From Aquificaceae bacterium (lineage in GTDB: Bacteria > Aquificota > Aquificia > Aquificales > Aquificaceae): DNA of 64,000 nt. The stretch covers positions 96,001 through 160,000 of the forward strand of contig JBEPZX010000001.1 of NCBI GenBank assembly GCA_041640635.1, given 5' to 3'. Numbering within the stretch: the stretch's first letter is position 1; every line of letters starts with the position of its first letter. The notes beneath the pieces are model-generated. The model had not been told where the DNA came from, did no database searches, and worked only from the letters and a program-made list of their open reading frames with translations. A program made the position numbers and the translations under genes. This document shows positions 49,713-60,927 of this stretch, one piece after another.

Positions 49713-50452
49713 GGTGTTCCCTCGTGCGTTTAGTGTTGTTTTTGGGGCTTTTGCCCCTGCTTTTTATAATACCAACTTCGGTAAAGGCTCAAAACTCAGG
49801 CACAGGCATCCCACCTAATGAATCGAGGACTTTAAATAAACCATTACCCAACGTAAAATTGGTAGATCATACAGGTAAGGTCTTTAACATATACGAGCTA
49901 AGGGGTAAGCCCTTAATAATCAGTCCAATATATACGCATTGCCAATCTGCTTGTCCATTAATAACAGATTCCCTAAAATCAGCTATCTATAAACTTGGTA
50001 CACCTGGGAAGGATTTCTTTGTAGTATCCTTCACCTTTGACCCAGAAGATAAGATCGATGATTTGAAAAAATTCAGAATAGAAAAAAATATATATGACGA
50101 TGGGTGGCTTACAGTTAAGGCTTACAGTAAAGAAGATCTTTTTAAACTAGTAGATGCTCTTGATTTTAGATTTATGACAGTCTACGAAACTAGAGATTTT
50201 ATACATCCCAATTTAGTAGCCTTCATATCATCAGATTTAGTTTTGAAGAAATATGTATATGGAGTTGTATTTAAAGAAGAAGATTTGGAAAAAGCACTAA
50301 GGTATACAAAAGGAGAGGTAAGTATAGCTGAATACCTAAGACCATATATATTTTTCATCAGCCTCGTTGGTATAATTGCTATATCCCTTTTTATCTTAGT
50401 TAAGCTCTTTTCGAGATCTTCCCAAAAAATAAAAGCTGCTAAATATCTGTAG
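49709..50452 (+). CDS. SCO family copper chaperone
   Basis: YTHCQSACP, FIHP, C-terminal TM. Confidence 0.9.
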   Translation: MRCSLVRLVLFLGLLPLLFIIPTSVKAQNSGTGIPPNESRTLNKPLPNVKLVDHTGKVFNIYELRGKPLIISPIYTHCQSACPLITDSLKSAIYKLGTPGKDFFVVSFTFDPEDKIDDLKKFRIEKNIYDDGWLTVKAYSKEDLFKLVDALDFRFMTVYETRDFIHPNLVAFISSDLVLKKYVYGVVFKEEDLEKALRYTKGEVSIAEYLRPYIFFISLVGIIAISLFILVKLFSRSSQKIKAAKYL

Positions 50453-50466
50453 TTTTATAATAAGCT

Positions 50467-50488
50467 AAAAAAAAAGGGCAAGAAGCCC
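50467..50488 (-). terminator. Probable intrinsic terminator of glnA
   Basis: GGGC-TTCTT-GCCC followed by T9; the stem is short. Confidence 0.6.
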
Positions 50489-50495
50489 GCAAATA

Positions 50496-51905
50496 CTAAA
50501 TGTCAAAGTAGAGTTCAAATTCTCTTGGATGAGGAATGAATCTTAATGCATCTACTTCCTTTTTCTTTGATGATATCCATGAGTGTATTATGTCTTCTGT
50601 AAATACACCGCCCTTTAGTAAGAATTCGTAGTCATTTTCCAATGCCTTTAAAGATTCTTCTAAGGAACCTGGTAATTGTGGTATATCCTTTAATTCCTCT
50701 GGTGGCAGAGAGTATATATCCTTGTCAAAAGGTTCTCCTGGGTGAATTCTGTTTTCTATGCCATCAATAGCTGCCATAAGTATGGCTGAAAATGCCAAAT
50801 ATGGATTACATGTAGGGTCTGGAAATCTTATTTCTATTCTCTTTGCTTTTTTGGATTGAGAGTACATAGGTATTCTAATTGCTGCTGATCTATTTCTTGC
50901 AGAATACGCAAGTCTTACAGGTGCTTCAAACCCTGGAACCAGCCTATGGTAAGAGTTTATTGTTGGGTTTGTGAAAGCTGTTAGAGCAGGTCCGTGCTTC
51001 AATATACCACCTATAGCATAAAGGGCTAATTCCGATAGTCCTGCGTATTCAGAGCCTGCAAAAAGGTTTTCTCCGTTTTTCCATATAGAAAAGTGAGTAT
51101 GCATACCGGATCCGTTGTCATCTGGGAGCACTTTTGGCATAAAGGTTGCATACTTTCCATACCTTGCTGCAACGTTTCTTACTACGTATTTGTACAAAAA
51201 CATATTGTCTGCCTGCTTTAGCAAAGAGTCGTATCTAATATCTATTTCTCCTTGACCAGCTGTTGCAACTTCGTGGTGATGAAGCTCAACTATAATTCCA
51301 AGCTCCGACATTATCGAGACCATTTCATTTCTGAGATGGTGAGTTTTGTCGAGAGGAGGTGCTGGGAAGTACCCTCTTTTGTTTGGAATTTTGTAACCAG
51401 AGGAAGTAATTTCTCTATTCCACCATCCTTCTTCCGAGTCTATCTTCCAAAAAGCATAGTTGGATGCTGTTCCAAATTCCACAGAATCAAAGATGAAAAA
51501 CTCTGCTTCTGGTCCATAGTAAGCCACATCACCTATGCCAGTTTGCTTTAAGTATTGCTCAGCTTTTTGAGCTACGTATCTGGTATCTCTTTCGTATCTT
51601 TCACGTGTTATAGGATCATATACATCACAGATGATAGCCAAGGTCTTTGGTTCTAAAAAAGTGTCAACAAATGCTGTTGATGGGTCAGGTATCAGTATCA
51701 TATCTGACTCGTTTATGGATTGCCAGCCTCTTATAGAAGAACCATCGAATCCTCTTCCACTTTCGAAAGTGTCCATAGAAAACTCGTAAGCAGGCACGGT
51801 CAGATGCTGCCACTGACCAAAGAGGTCAGAAAACCTGAGGTCTACATATTGCACATCTTCCTTTTCGATAATGCTTAGTATTTCCTCAGCTGTGTACTTA
51901 GGCAT
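50496..51905 (-). CDS. glnA: Glutamine synthetase type I (beta-like)
   Basis: FDGSSI, HHHEVA, NGSGMH, RLVPGFEAP, RNRSA, DKDIY.LPPEE. Confidence 0.97.
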   Translation of the reverse strand: MPKYTAEEILSIIEKEDVQYVDLRFSDLFGQWQHLTVPAYEFSMDTFESGRGFDGSSIRGWQSINESDMILIPDPSTAFVDTFLEPKTLAIICDVYDPITRERYERDTRYVAQKAEQYLKQTGIGDVAYYGPEAEFFIFDSVEFGTASNYAFWKIDSEEGWWNREITSSGYKIPNKRGYFPAPPLDKTHHLRNEMVSIMSELGIIVELHHHEVATAGQGEIDIRYDSLLKQADNMFLYKYVVRNVAARYGKYATFMPKVLPDDNGSGMHTHFSIWKNGENLFAGSEYAGLSELALYAIGGILKHGPALTAFTNPTINSYHRLVPGFEAPVRLAYSARNRSAAIRIPMYSQSKKAKRIEIRFPDPTCNPYLAFSAILMAAIDGIENRIHPGEPFDKDIYSLPPEELKDIPQLPGSLEESLKALENDYEFLLKGGVFTEDIIHSWISSKKKEVDALRFIPHPREFELYFDI

Positions 51906-51922
51906 TTTTTACTCCTCCTAAT

Positions 51923-52010
51923 TCTAGATACCTAGATCTAGATTGGGGTATTTTTATCCCGCCTTTGTAATAAGCTGTTCTTTCCCCAACAGGCGGTTTT
52001 AGAACAGCTT
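51923..52010 (-). promoter_or_regulatory. Structured element in the glnA 5' leader (candidate cis-regulatory RNA)
   Basis: Perfect 10-bp stem AAGCTGTTCT/AGAACAGCTT, loop complementary to downstream segments, second hairpin next to the SD. Confidence 0.55.
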
Positions 52011-52128
52011 TAAGATAGTGAAAACTTGGTTTATTTAGGGATTTTAAGAGCTTTTTAACATGGATAACATAAATTTTTAGAAACGGCTCACTTTCACCAG
52101 CTAACATCTTTAACAGTAAACAGGTTAT

Positions 52129-52157
52129 ATTATAGTACCTTTATTAATTTATGTCAA
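52129..52157 (-). promoter_or_regulatory. Consensus sigma70 promoter of glnA
   Basis: TTGACA (52157-52152), 17 nt, TATAAT (52134-52129). Confidence 0.8.
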
Positions 52158-52224
52158 CTATTTATCTTTACCTAAGATAGGTAATTTTGTACTAGATGAC
52201 AAAAAGCTTAAATTTAAAAATAGT

Positions 52225-54216
52225 ATGATAAAGGAGAAAACCTTTGAGTTGGTAACTTCGCTTAAACCATCAGGTGATCAACCAAAAGCTATAGAAAGTA
52301 TTTTACAGAATTTGGAAAAGGGTACAAAAGTTCAAGTTCTCTTAGGTGCTACAGGAACAGGTAAAACTTTTACTTTAGCAAATGTTATAGCAAAACACAA
52401 TAAACCCACCTTAGTTTTGGCACATAACAAAATATTGGCTGCACAGCTTTATCGAGAATTTAAGGAGCTTTTTCCTAATAACGCTGTAGAGTATTTCATA
52501 TCTTATTATGATTATTACCAACCGGAAGCTTACATACCTGAGAAAGATTTATACATAGAAAAAGATGCATCAATAAACGAAATACTCGAAAGATATAGAC
52601 ACTCGGCCACGGTCTCTGTACTGGAAAGAAGAGATGTTATAGTAGTTGCTTCTGTGTCTTGCATTTATGGACTTGGTTCACCAGATCACTATTGGAATTT
52701 GAGAATTCCTGTGAGTATAGGTGACAGAATCAGCATTAGCAAACTTGTTAGGAAGCTTGTAGAGATAGGATATTCCAACAACAATTATGCTTACAAGCGC
52801 GCAACCTTTTCCATAAAAGGCAATGCTTTAGAAGTAGTCCCGTCTGATTTGGAAGATCAGATTGTAAGGTTGGAATTTTGGGATGACGAAGTAGAGAGTA
52901 TAACTCTTATGGATGAGTTAAACAGACATATTATAAAAGAACTAAACAAAATTACCTTCTTTCCTGCCTCTCACTACATAGCGCCAAGAGAAATAATAGA
53001 ACAAGCAATAGAGCAAATAGAAAGAGACTTAGAAGAAAGAGTTAATTACTTTAAGAACGAAGGAAAGCTTGTAGAAGCCCAAAGGTTATATCAAAGGACT
53101 ATGCACGATATAGAGATGATAAGAGAGCTGGGACATTGCAAAGGTATAGAAAATTATTCACGCTACTTTGATGGTAGAAAACCAGGAGAACCTCCTTTTA
53201 CGTTGCTTGATTACTTTCCAGATGACTTTTTACTTATAGTTGATGAGTCTCACGTAACTATACCACAAGTTAGAGCCATGTATAACGGAGACAGATCCAG
53301 AAAAGAAAAGCTTGTAGAGTACGGTTGGAGATTACCTTCTGCCCTGGATAACAGACCATTAAAGTTCGAAGAGTTTCTAGAAAGATTAAATCAAGTTATT
53401 TTGGTGTCTGCTACACCTTCCCAATGGGATTTGGATTTTTCACAGAATGTGGTTGTAGAACAGATAGTCAGACCTACAGGTCTTTTGGACCCAATAGTAG
53501 AAGTTAGGCCTACCAAAGGACAACTGGAAAACTTAGTATGGGAAATCCAGAAGGTAAAAGAGAGAAAAGAGAAAGCCATAGTGTTAACAACAACCAAGAG
53601 ACTTGCTGAAGATGTAGCAGAGTACTTCAACGAAAGGCAGATAAAAGCGAAGTATATGCATTCAGAACTAGATGCTATAGAGAGAGCCAAAATAGTCAAG
53701 GAGTTGAGAGAAGGATTCATAGATGTTATTGTGGGTGTTAACTTGCTAAGAGAGGGTTTGGATCTACCAGAGGTCTCATTGGTTGCTATCTTGGAAGCTG
53801 ACAAGGAAGGATTTTTGAGAAGTACCACATCCCTGATACAAATAATAGGTAGATGTGCAAGAAATGTTAATGGAAAGGCTATTTTGTATGCAGATAATAT
53901 AACCCAATCTATGAAAAAGGCTATTGAAGAAACAAATAGGAGGAGAAAATTGCAAGAAAAGTACAATAGGGAACATAATATAACACCAAAAAGTGTGGTA
54001 AAACCTGTAAAGGACTTACTAGCCATAGAGGAGTTGGATTATGTAAAACTTCCCACTAAATTACCAAAAGGTGTAAAAAGTGAAGGAGATATAATAGAAC
54101 GTATAAATAAGTTAGAAAGGGAGATGTGGGATTTGGCAAAGAGGTGGGAGTTTGAAAAAGCTGCAAAAATAAGAGATGAAATTAAAAAATTGAGGGATCT
54201 TTTGAACTTAGTATAG
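52225..54216 (+). CDS. uvrB: Excinuclease ABC subunit B
   Basis: [31 protein letters not shown]-terminal UVR domain. Confidence 0.97.
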   Translation: MIKEKTFELVTSLKPSGDQPKAIESILQNLEKGTKVQVLLGATGTGKTFTLANVIAKHNKPTLVLAHNKILAAQLYREFKELFPNNAVEYFISYYDYYQPEAYIPEKDLYIEKDASINEILERYRHSATVSVLERRDVIVVASVSCIYGLGSPDHYWNLRIPVSIGDRISISKLVRKLVEIGYSNNNYAYKRATFSIKGNALEVVPSDLEDQIVRLEFWDDEVESITLMDELNRHIIKELNKITFFPASHYIAPREIIEQAIEQIERDLEERVNYFKNEGKLVEAQRLYQRTMHDIEMIRELGHCKGIENYSRYFDGRKPGEPPFTLLDYFPDDFLLIVDESHVTIPQVRAMYNGDRSRKEKLVEYGWRLPSALDNRPLKFEEFLERLNQVILVSATPSQWDLDFSQNVVVEQIVRPTGLLDPIVEVRPTKGQLENLVWEIQKVKERKEKAIVLTTTKRLAEDVAEYFNERQIKAKYMHSELDAIERAKIVKELREGFIDVIVGVNLLREGLDLPEVSLVAILEADKEGFLRSTTSLIQIIGRCARNVNGKAILYADNITQSMKKAIEETNRRRKLQEKYNREHNITPKSVVKPVKDLLAIEELDYVKLPTKLPKGVKSEGDIIERINKLEREMWDLAKRWEFEKAAKIRDEIKKLRDLLNLV

Positions 54217-54227
54217 GAGGTGAAGTT

Positions 54228-54854
54228 GTGCACAAGTTTGATGTAAATAAATTAAAAAAATTGGATGATCCAGAAAGGTTAAATCTTTTCGATCCAGAGA
54301 AACTTCTCAAAGATTTTGGAATAAGACAAGGTATGAAAGTTTTGGATGTAGGAACCGGAGCAGGTTTCTACTTACCATACCTTTCAAAAGCTGTAGGAGA
54401 AAAAGGGTATGTTTATGCTATAGATATTCAACCTTTGGCTGTTGAATACGCAAAAAACAAAGTCTCTCAATTGGGACTTTCCAATGTAGAAGTTCTTTTG
54501 AGCGTTGAAAATGGAATTCCATTGGATGATAATACCGTAGATTTCGTATTCATGGCATTTGTATTTCATGAGTTGGAAAACCCTTTGGAGTTTCTGAAGG
54601 AACTGGAGAGAGTGAGCAAGCCCTTTGGGTATTTATGCATAGTAGATTGGAAAAAAGAGGAGAGAGATAAGGGACCTCCACCTGAAGAAGTGTATTCAGA
54701 ATGGGAAATAGGGCTAATTCTTGAGGATGCCCAAATAAGAGTTGGTAGGATGGTGGAAATAGGCAAGTACTGCTTTGGAGTGTATGCCATGTTTCCCGAT
54801 AGAAATTTAGAAAGCAAATTCAATTCTCCTATAAAAATACCACCTGGGCTATGA
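54228..54854 (+). CDS. Class I SAM-dependent methyltransferase
   Basis: VLDVGTGAG, AIDIQ, FHE, DWKK..GPP. Confidence 0.85.
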   Translation: MHKFDVNKLKKLDDPERLNLFDPEKLLKDFGIRQGMKVLDVGTGAGFYLPYLSKAVGEKGYVYAIDIQPLAVEYAKNKVSQLGLSNVEVLLSVENGIPLDDNTVDFVFMAFVFHELENPLEFLKELERVSKPFGYLCIVDWKKEERDKGPPPEEVYSEWEIGLILEDAQIRVGRMVEIGKYCFGVYAMFPDRNLESKFNSPIKIPPGL

Positions 54855-55294
54855 AAGAAGAAAGGGTTCTAGAGTACTTAATTAAGGAGAAGGGAATAGA
54901 TAAGGAAAAACTAAAAAAAATACTAGAAAATAAACCGAAAAGCGAAGATATAGTTTCCTTTTTAATTGGAGTAGGTCTAATTTCATATGAAGATCTGAAT
55001 GCTCTTGCCGAGTTTACTTTCTCTAGACAGCCAATAAATAAAAATATATTGGAAAAACAGGGTATAACTTTTGAAGATGCTTACTTTCACTATATTAGGT
55101 GTGATGGTGTCTTGTTTACGGTACCATACTACCATATAAGAGCCATAGAAAAATGTAAAAATAATATAAACATATATACTGGGGGGATTGAAAAAATAAG
55201 CATAGAATTGGAAGATGAGGATTCAGCTGAGGCTTTTTTGGATATAGTTCTTTTGTATATAGATAAAATATTTTTACAAAGGCTCAGTATTTGA
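54851..55294 (+). CDS. Hypothetical protein, N-terminus weakly like MshEN/T2SSE_N
   Basis: ATGA-coupled ORF with L...G.I....L helix pairs. Confidence 0.65.
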   Translation: MKEERVLEYLIKEKGIDKEKLKKILENKPKSEDIVSFLIGVGLISYEDLNALAEFTFSRQPINKNILEKQGITFEDAYFHYIRCDGVLFTVPYYHIRAIEKCKNNINIYTGGIEKISIELEDEDSAEAFLDIVLLYIDKIFLQRLSI

Positions 55295-55312
55295 ACTTTA
55301 AAAGTAGTTGAT

Positions 55313-55699
55313 TCACACCCATTCTTCCTTAAGAAAGCTTATTGGTTTTCTACCTGCAAAACCTTCGTCCAGCTCATGCCAATACATAATAGTGTCTTCA
55401 TCCTCTTTCCAGCAATACCAAATATATCTATTTTCGTAAAATCCAAGAAAATCTACAAGTATTGGATCTATACCTTTTATTACACCTCCTAAAGCTTCTA
55501 TCTTCTCAAAGTGTCTGCGTATTTGTTCATCCAACTCTTTTATTTGTGTCTCTTTGTACATTTTCTCTAACATATCCGTTTCTTCCTGAATTTCTTCAAG
55601 CACATTGTAGATTTCCTGTCTTTTTATGTTTATAGCTTCCACGAGAGGTTTAATCAAAACTAAAGCTTCTCTTGCACCGTCTAAGTCAAAGACCTTCAT
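55313..55699 (-). CDS. DUF2203 family protein
   Basis: F....A..L, GVIKG...LVDF, CWK.DE....WH...GFAGRKP. Confidence 0.85.
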   Translation of the reverse strand: MKVFDLDGAREALVLIKPLVEAINIKRQEIYNVLEEIQEETDMLEKMYKETQIKELDEQIRRHFEKIEALGGVIKGIDPILVDFLGFYENRYIWYCWKEDEDTIMYWHELDEGFAGRKPISFLKEEWV

Positions 55700-55714
55700 G
55701 ACTTTAAAATTTAG

Positions 55715-56611
55715 TTAATCTATACAGAGGGTCAAGCCATCCGCTAACTTCAAAGCATTGTTATATTCGCTGGAAGTTATTTTGCGACTTAATTCAGGAT
55801 AATTGAGAGCCTTATACATGGGATAATATTGATTCATTATATTTACCGCTAATTTCCCATCGATTGTTTTTAGAAAAGATAGTGCATTCTCTGTTTGAGA
55901 AATACTGTTGGGCAAGATAAGGTGTCTGACCAGTAACCCCCTATACGCAACTCCTTTATCATCTAATTTTAGGGTTCCCACTTGTTTATACATTTCTTTT
56001 ATTACTTCTTGAGCTGTGTTCCAGTAGTTCTTTACTTTGGAATATTTTCTTGCTAGGTCGTTGCTTGCATACTTTAAGTCAGCAAGATAAATATCGACTA
56101 TACCATCTAATAGCTTAATAGAATCTAAGCTATCGTATGAAGATGTATTGTAAACCACGGGTATTCTAAGACCGTCTTTCACTGCCAAATACAATGATTC
56201 TATGATTTGGGGAACTACGTGAGACGGGGTGACTAGGTTTACATTGTGGCAACCCATACTTTGAAGCTTTAGGAACATACGAGACAATTCATATGGTGTG
56301 ACTGATGTTCCTTCTCCTAATTGACTTATTTGATAATTCTGACAGTAAACACATTTCATATTGCACCATGAGAAGAACACAGTACCACTGCCTCTTATAC
56401 CGCGAATAGGCTTTTCTTCCCCAAAGTGAGGAAAATAAGAATCTACTACCGCATATCTGCCAGTTTTACAAAAACCCTCTTCATTTTTCAATCTATTTAC
56501 ACCACATTTATGGGGACATACATAACAACTTTCAAGCATAGAGAGAGCTTTTTCAATTTTTTCCTTCCACTGTCTATCACTCAAGTTTAAATAACTTGGA
56601 ACTCTCTCCAT
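55715..56611 (-). CDS. Radical SAM protein, PflX-like
   Basis: CYVCPHKC, HFGEE, GSGTVFF, CNMKCVYCQN, RHLILP. Confidence 0.88.
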   Translation of the reverse strand: MERVPSYLNLSDRQWKEKIEKALSMLESCYVCPHKCGVNRLKNEEGFCKTGRYAVVDSYFPHFGEEKPIRGIRGSGTVFFSWCNMKCVYCQNYQISQLGEGTSVTPYELSRMFLKLQSMGCHNVNLVTPSHVVPQIIESLYLAVKDGLRIPVVYNTSSYDSLDSIKLLDGIVDIYLADLKYASNDLARKYSKVKNYWNTAQEVIKEMYKQVGTLKLDDKGVAYRGLLVRHLILPNSISQTENALSFLKTIDGKLAVNIMNQYYPMYKALNYPELSRKITSSEYNNALKLADGLTLCID

Positions 56612-56638
56612 CAGTTTTATAATTTATTCTTTGGAGTT

Positions 56639-58848
56639 ATGAAGAAAAAAAATATCTTAATGTTAGCTGGAATTGTATTTATTCCCCTTGTCTTGTTAAT
56701 ACTTTATGTGATTGTGCTTATTCCAAATCTTCCATCTGTAGAGTCTTTAAAAGACTGGCATCCCCCAGAAGCTACGGTAGTATATGACTACAAAAATAGA
56801 GTTTTTGGTGATGTTGCCCTGCAGAGACGTTATTATGTAGATATTGAAAACATTCCTCCTCATGTGAGAAATGCTTTCATATCTGCCGAAGATAGAAACT
56901 TTTATCGCCACTTTGGCATAGACCCTATAGCCATAGTGAGAGCCCTGATTGTCAATCTAATCAGTAGAGATGTAACTCAGGGTGGATCCACTATAACCCA
57001 GCAGCTAGCTAAGAATTTATTCCTAACACCAGAAAAAAGCATTACACGCAAAATTAAGGAAGCCATATTAGCTATCAAAATAGAAAGAACCTTCCAAAAG
57101 GATAAGATTTTAGAAATGTATCTCAATTATATATACCTAGGTCAAGGTGCTTATGGTGTAGAAGCTGCATCCCGTGTGTATTTTGGAAAAAGTGTAAAGG
57201 AACTTTCTGTAGAAGAAGCAGCAGTGCTTGCGAGTCTCCCTAAAGCTCCGTCTAGGTTTAATCCTTTTAGAAACCCTGATAGATTAAAGGAGAGGAGAGA
57301 TTACATACTTTACAGAATGTACGAAGATGGCTATATATCAAATGAGGAATATGAAAGGCTCATCCAAAAACCCATAAAGGTTAATATTGAGAGTAGATAT
57401 TACGGTATGGATTACTTTCTAGATTACCTAAAAGATTACTTGGTAGAAAAGTATGGAGAGCAAATACTAAGAGGTGGTTATAAGGTCTATACTACCATAG
57501 ATAGAGATCTTCAAAATCATGCTCAAGAAGTTTTAAAAAGGGGTGTTCTTAGAGTAGCCAAAGCGAATGGAATACCCATACTGCCTGAGGATCCTTATCA
57601 AGCTGAGAAAATGTATCAGCAACAGGTAGTGGAAGAAAAACCTGGGAAGGTTTATATATCCAAAGTATTAGGCTTTATGGGAAATGAAGTGAAAATTTCA
57701 CTAGGTGATAAAGAGTTTATATTGCCTAGAAACAATTTGACTTTGGAAAAAGGTGATTACGTATTTGTAAGATTTTATAAAAAAGGGAAAAGTTTAAGTT
57801 TGGACATTTTGCCTGATTTACAAGGTGCTTTAGTTAGTTTAGACGCATCTACTGGAGCAATAAGGGCAATGGTTGGAGGCTACTCATATCTTAGAAGTCC
57901 ATACAATAGAGCTGTTTATGCTAAGAGGCAACCTGGTTCTGCTATAAAACCCATAATATACCTTGCTGCCTTGATGAAAGGTTATACTCAAGTTTCCTTA
58001 ATAGATGCTACACCCAGAAGCTTTTATGACCCTTCGACCGGGAAAGATTGGACACCATCCAACTATGAAGGTGCAGAGTATGGTACCCTGACATTAAGAC
58101 AGGCTTTGGCAAAGAGTGTAAACACAGCAACTGTAAATCTTTTGGCTGATATTGGATTTGATACTCCTATAGAAATTGGTAGGCTTTTAGGCATAGAGCT
58201 AAAACCTTACTATTCTATGGCCTTGGGAAGTATCGAAGTTACACCAATGGAACTAGTTTCTGCTTTTCAAGCTTTTGCTAGCATGGGGAACTACTGTAAA
58301 CCTTACTTTATACAGAAGATTGTTGCTCCTGATGGAAGTATACTAGAAGAACAATCACCTCAATGTCAAGTTGTATTACCTGCTCAAGAAACAAGAGTTT
58401 TAGTTGATATGCTTAGAGCTGTTGTTTTAGAAGGAACAGCTGTAGCTGCTAGTTCTATGGATAGAATAGTAGCAGGTAAAACGGGAACAACTAATGATTA
58501 TGCTGATGCTTGGTTCATTGGCTTTTCCCCTAACATAGTGACAGGTGTGTGGGTTGGTTTTGATCTAAGGAAGAGTATGGGGAAAGGAATGGCAGGTGCA
58601 AGGGTAGCCCTTCCTATATGGATAGATTTTATGTCTGTAGCTGCTTTTATGTATCCAAAGGAAGATTTTCCATTGTTAGATGGTACAGTCATAGTAGATT
58701 GCCCTCAGCCTATGGTCTTCGTTGAAGGAACTCAGAGTGTATGTAACAAGCAACTCCAAGAATCCAAGGAAAAAGGGAATGAGCTAGAAGGAATCGTAGA
58801 TCCTAAGTTTCTAAAAAATCCTGAAGGACCGAAGATTAAAGAAGTACC

Positions 58849-58852
<4 letters not shown>
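56639..58852 (+). CDS. mrcA: Penicillin-binding protein 1A
   Basis: EDRNF..H.G, GGSTITQQ, RKIKE, SAIK, SVN, KTG. Confidence 0.93.
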
Positions 58853-60248
<1,396 letters not shown>

Positions 60249-60303
60249 TATTCAATGATTTGTACGTTTATGCTCGATACAATAAAACTAAAGTCTAAAA
60301 CAC

Positions 60304-60927
60304 TCATACCTTTATAGGAAGGGATTTTAGTGGTCTTTCTTGATAAGGTTTAGTAAGCTTTAAGAACGCTAATGCAGTCATGTAAGCATCATCCAGGGCA
60401 TTGTGAAATGTAGACTTAGGAAGTTTTAACTCTTCGAGTAGCTCTTCGAGGGTTGGGATCTGATGTGGCTTTTTGGGTGTGTAAAGATCTAATACATCTA
60501 AGGTGTATGGGAAAAAGGATCCTTTGCATCCATCTTTTACTATTTTCCTGAGCATGCTTACATCTATATGCACAAAAAAACCTACAAGAAGGCATCCTTT
60601 TGCGTATTCAAGAAATTTTTTGCAAACAGCTTCCACACTTATACCTTCTTGCAAATCCATAGGTGTTATTCCATGAACCTTTATAGACTCCTCGAACTTT
60701 CTAGGAACTCTTACCTTCTCGTAAAAAGTTTCAGAAAAACTCAAGCTCAGATTTTTTATTTTTACGGCACCTATAGATATAGGATAATCTTTTTTCAAAT
60801 CCAAACCTGTAGTTTCTGTATCGAAAACAACAAAGCACGTATCTTTTATTTTCTTATTAAAATCTATATCCCAGTTAAAAAAATCAAAGTTTTTACTGTT
60901 AAGTAATTTATAGATTAGTCTTTTCAT
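60304..60927 (-). CDS. DEDDh 3'-5' exonuclease family protein coupled to the DUF294 nucleotidyltransferase
   Basis: FDTETTG, VHGI, HNALDDA; ATGA overlap with the upstream gene. Confidence 0.88.
   Translation of the reverse strand: MKRLIYKLLNSKNFDFFNWDIDFNKKIKDTCFVVFDTETTGLDLKKDYPISIGAVKIKNLSLSFSETFYEKVRVPRKFEESIKVHGITPMDLQEGISVEAVCKKFLEYAKGCLLVGFFVHIDVSMLRKIVKDGCKGSFFPYTLDVLDLYTPKKPHQIPTLEELLEELKLPKSTFHNALDDAYMTALAFLKLTKPYQERPLKSLPIKV

Noticed and set aside
53391..54026. 211-aa antisense ORF
   Set aside because: Lies wholly opposite uvrB; its Ser/Phe/Ile-rich composition is a typical shadow of a Lys/Glu-rich gene
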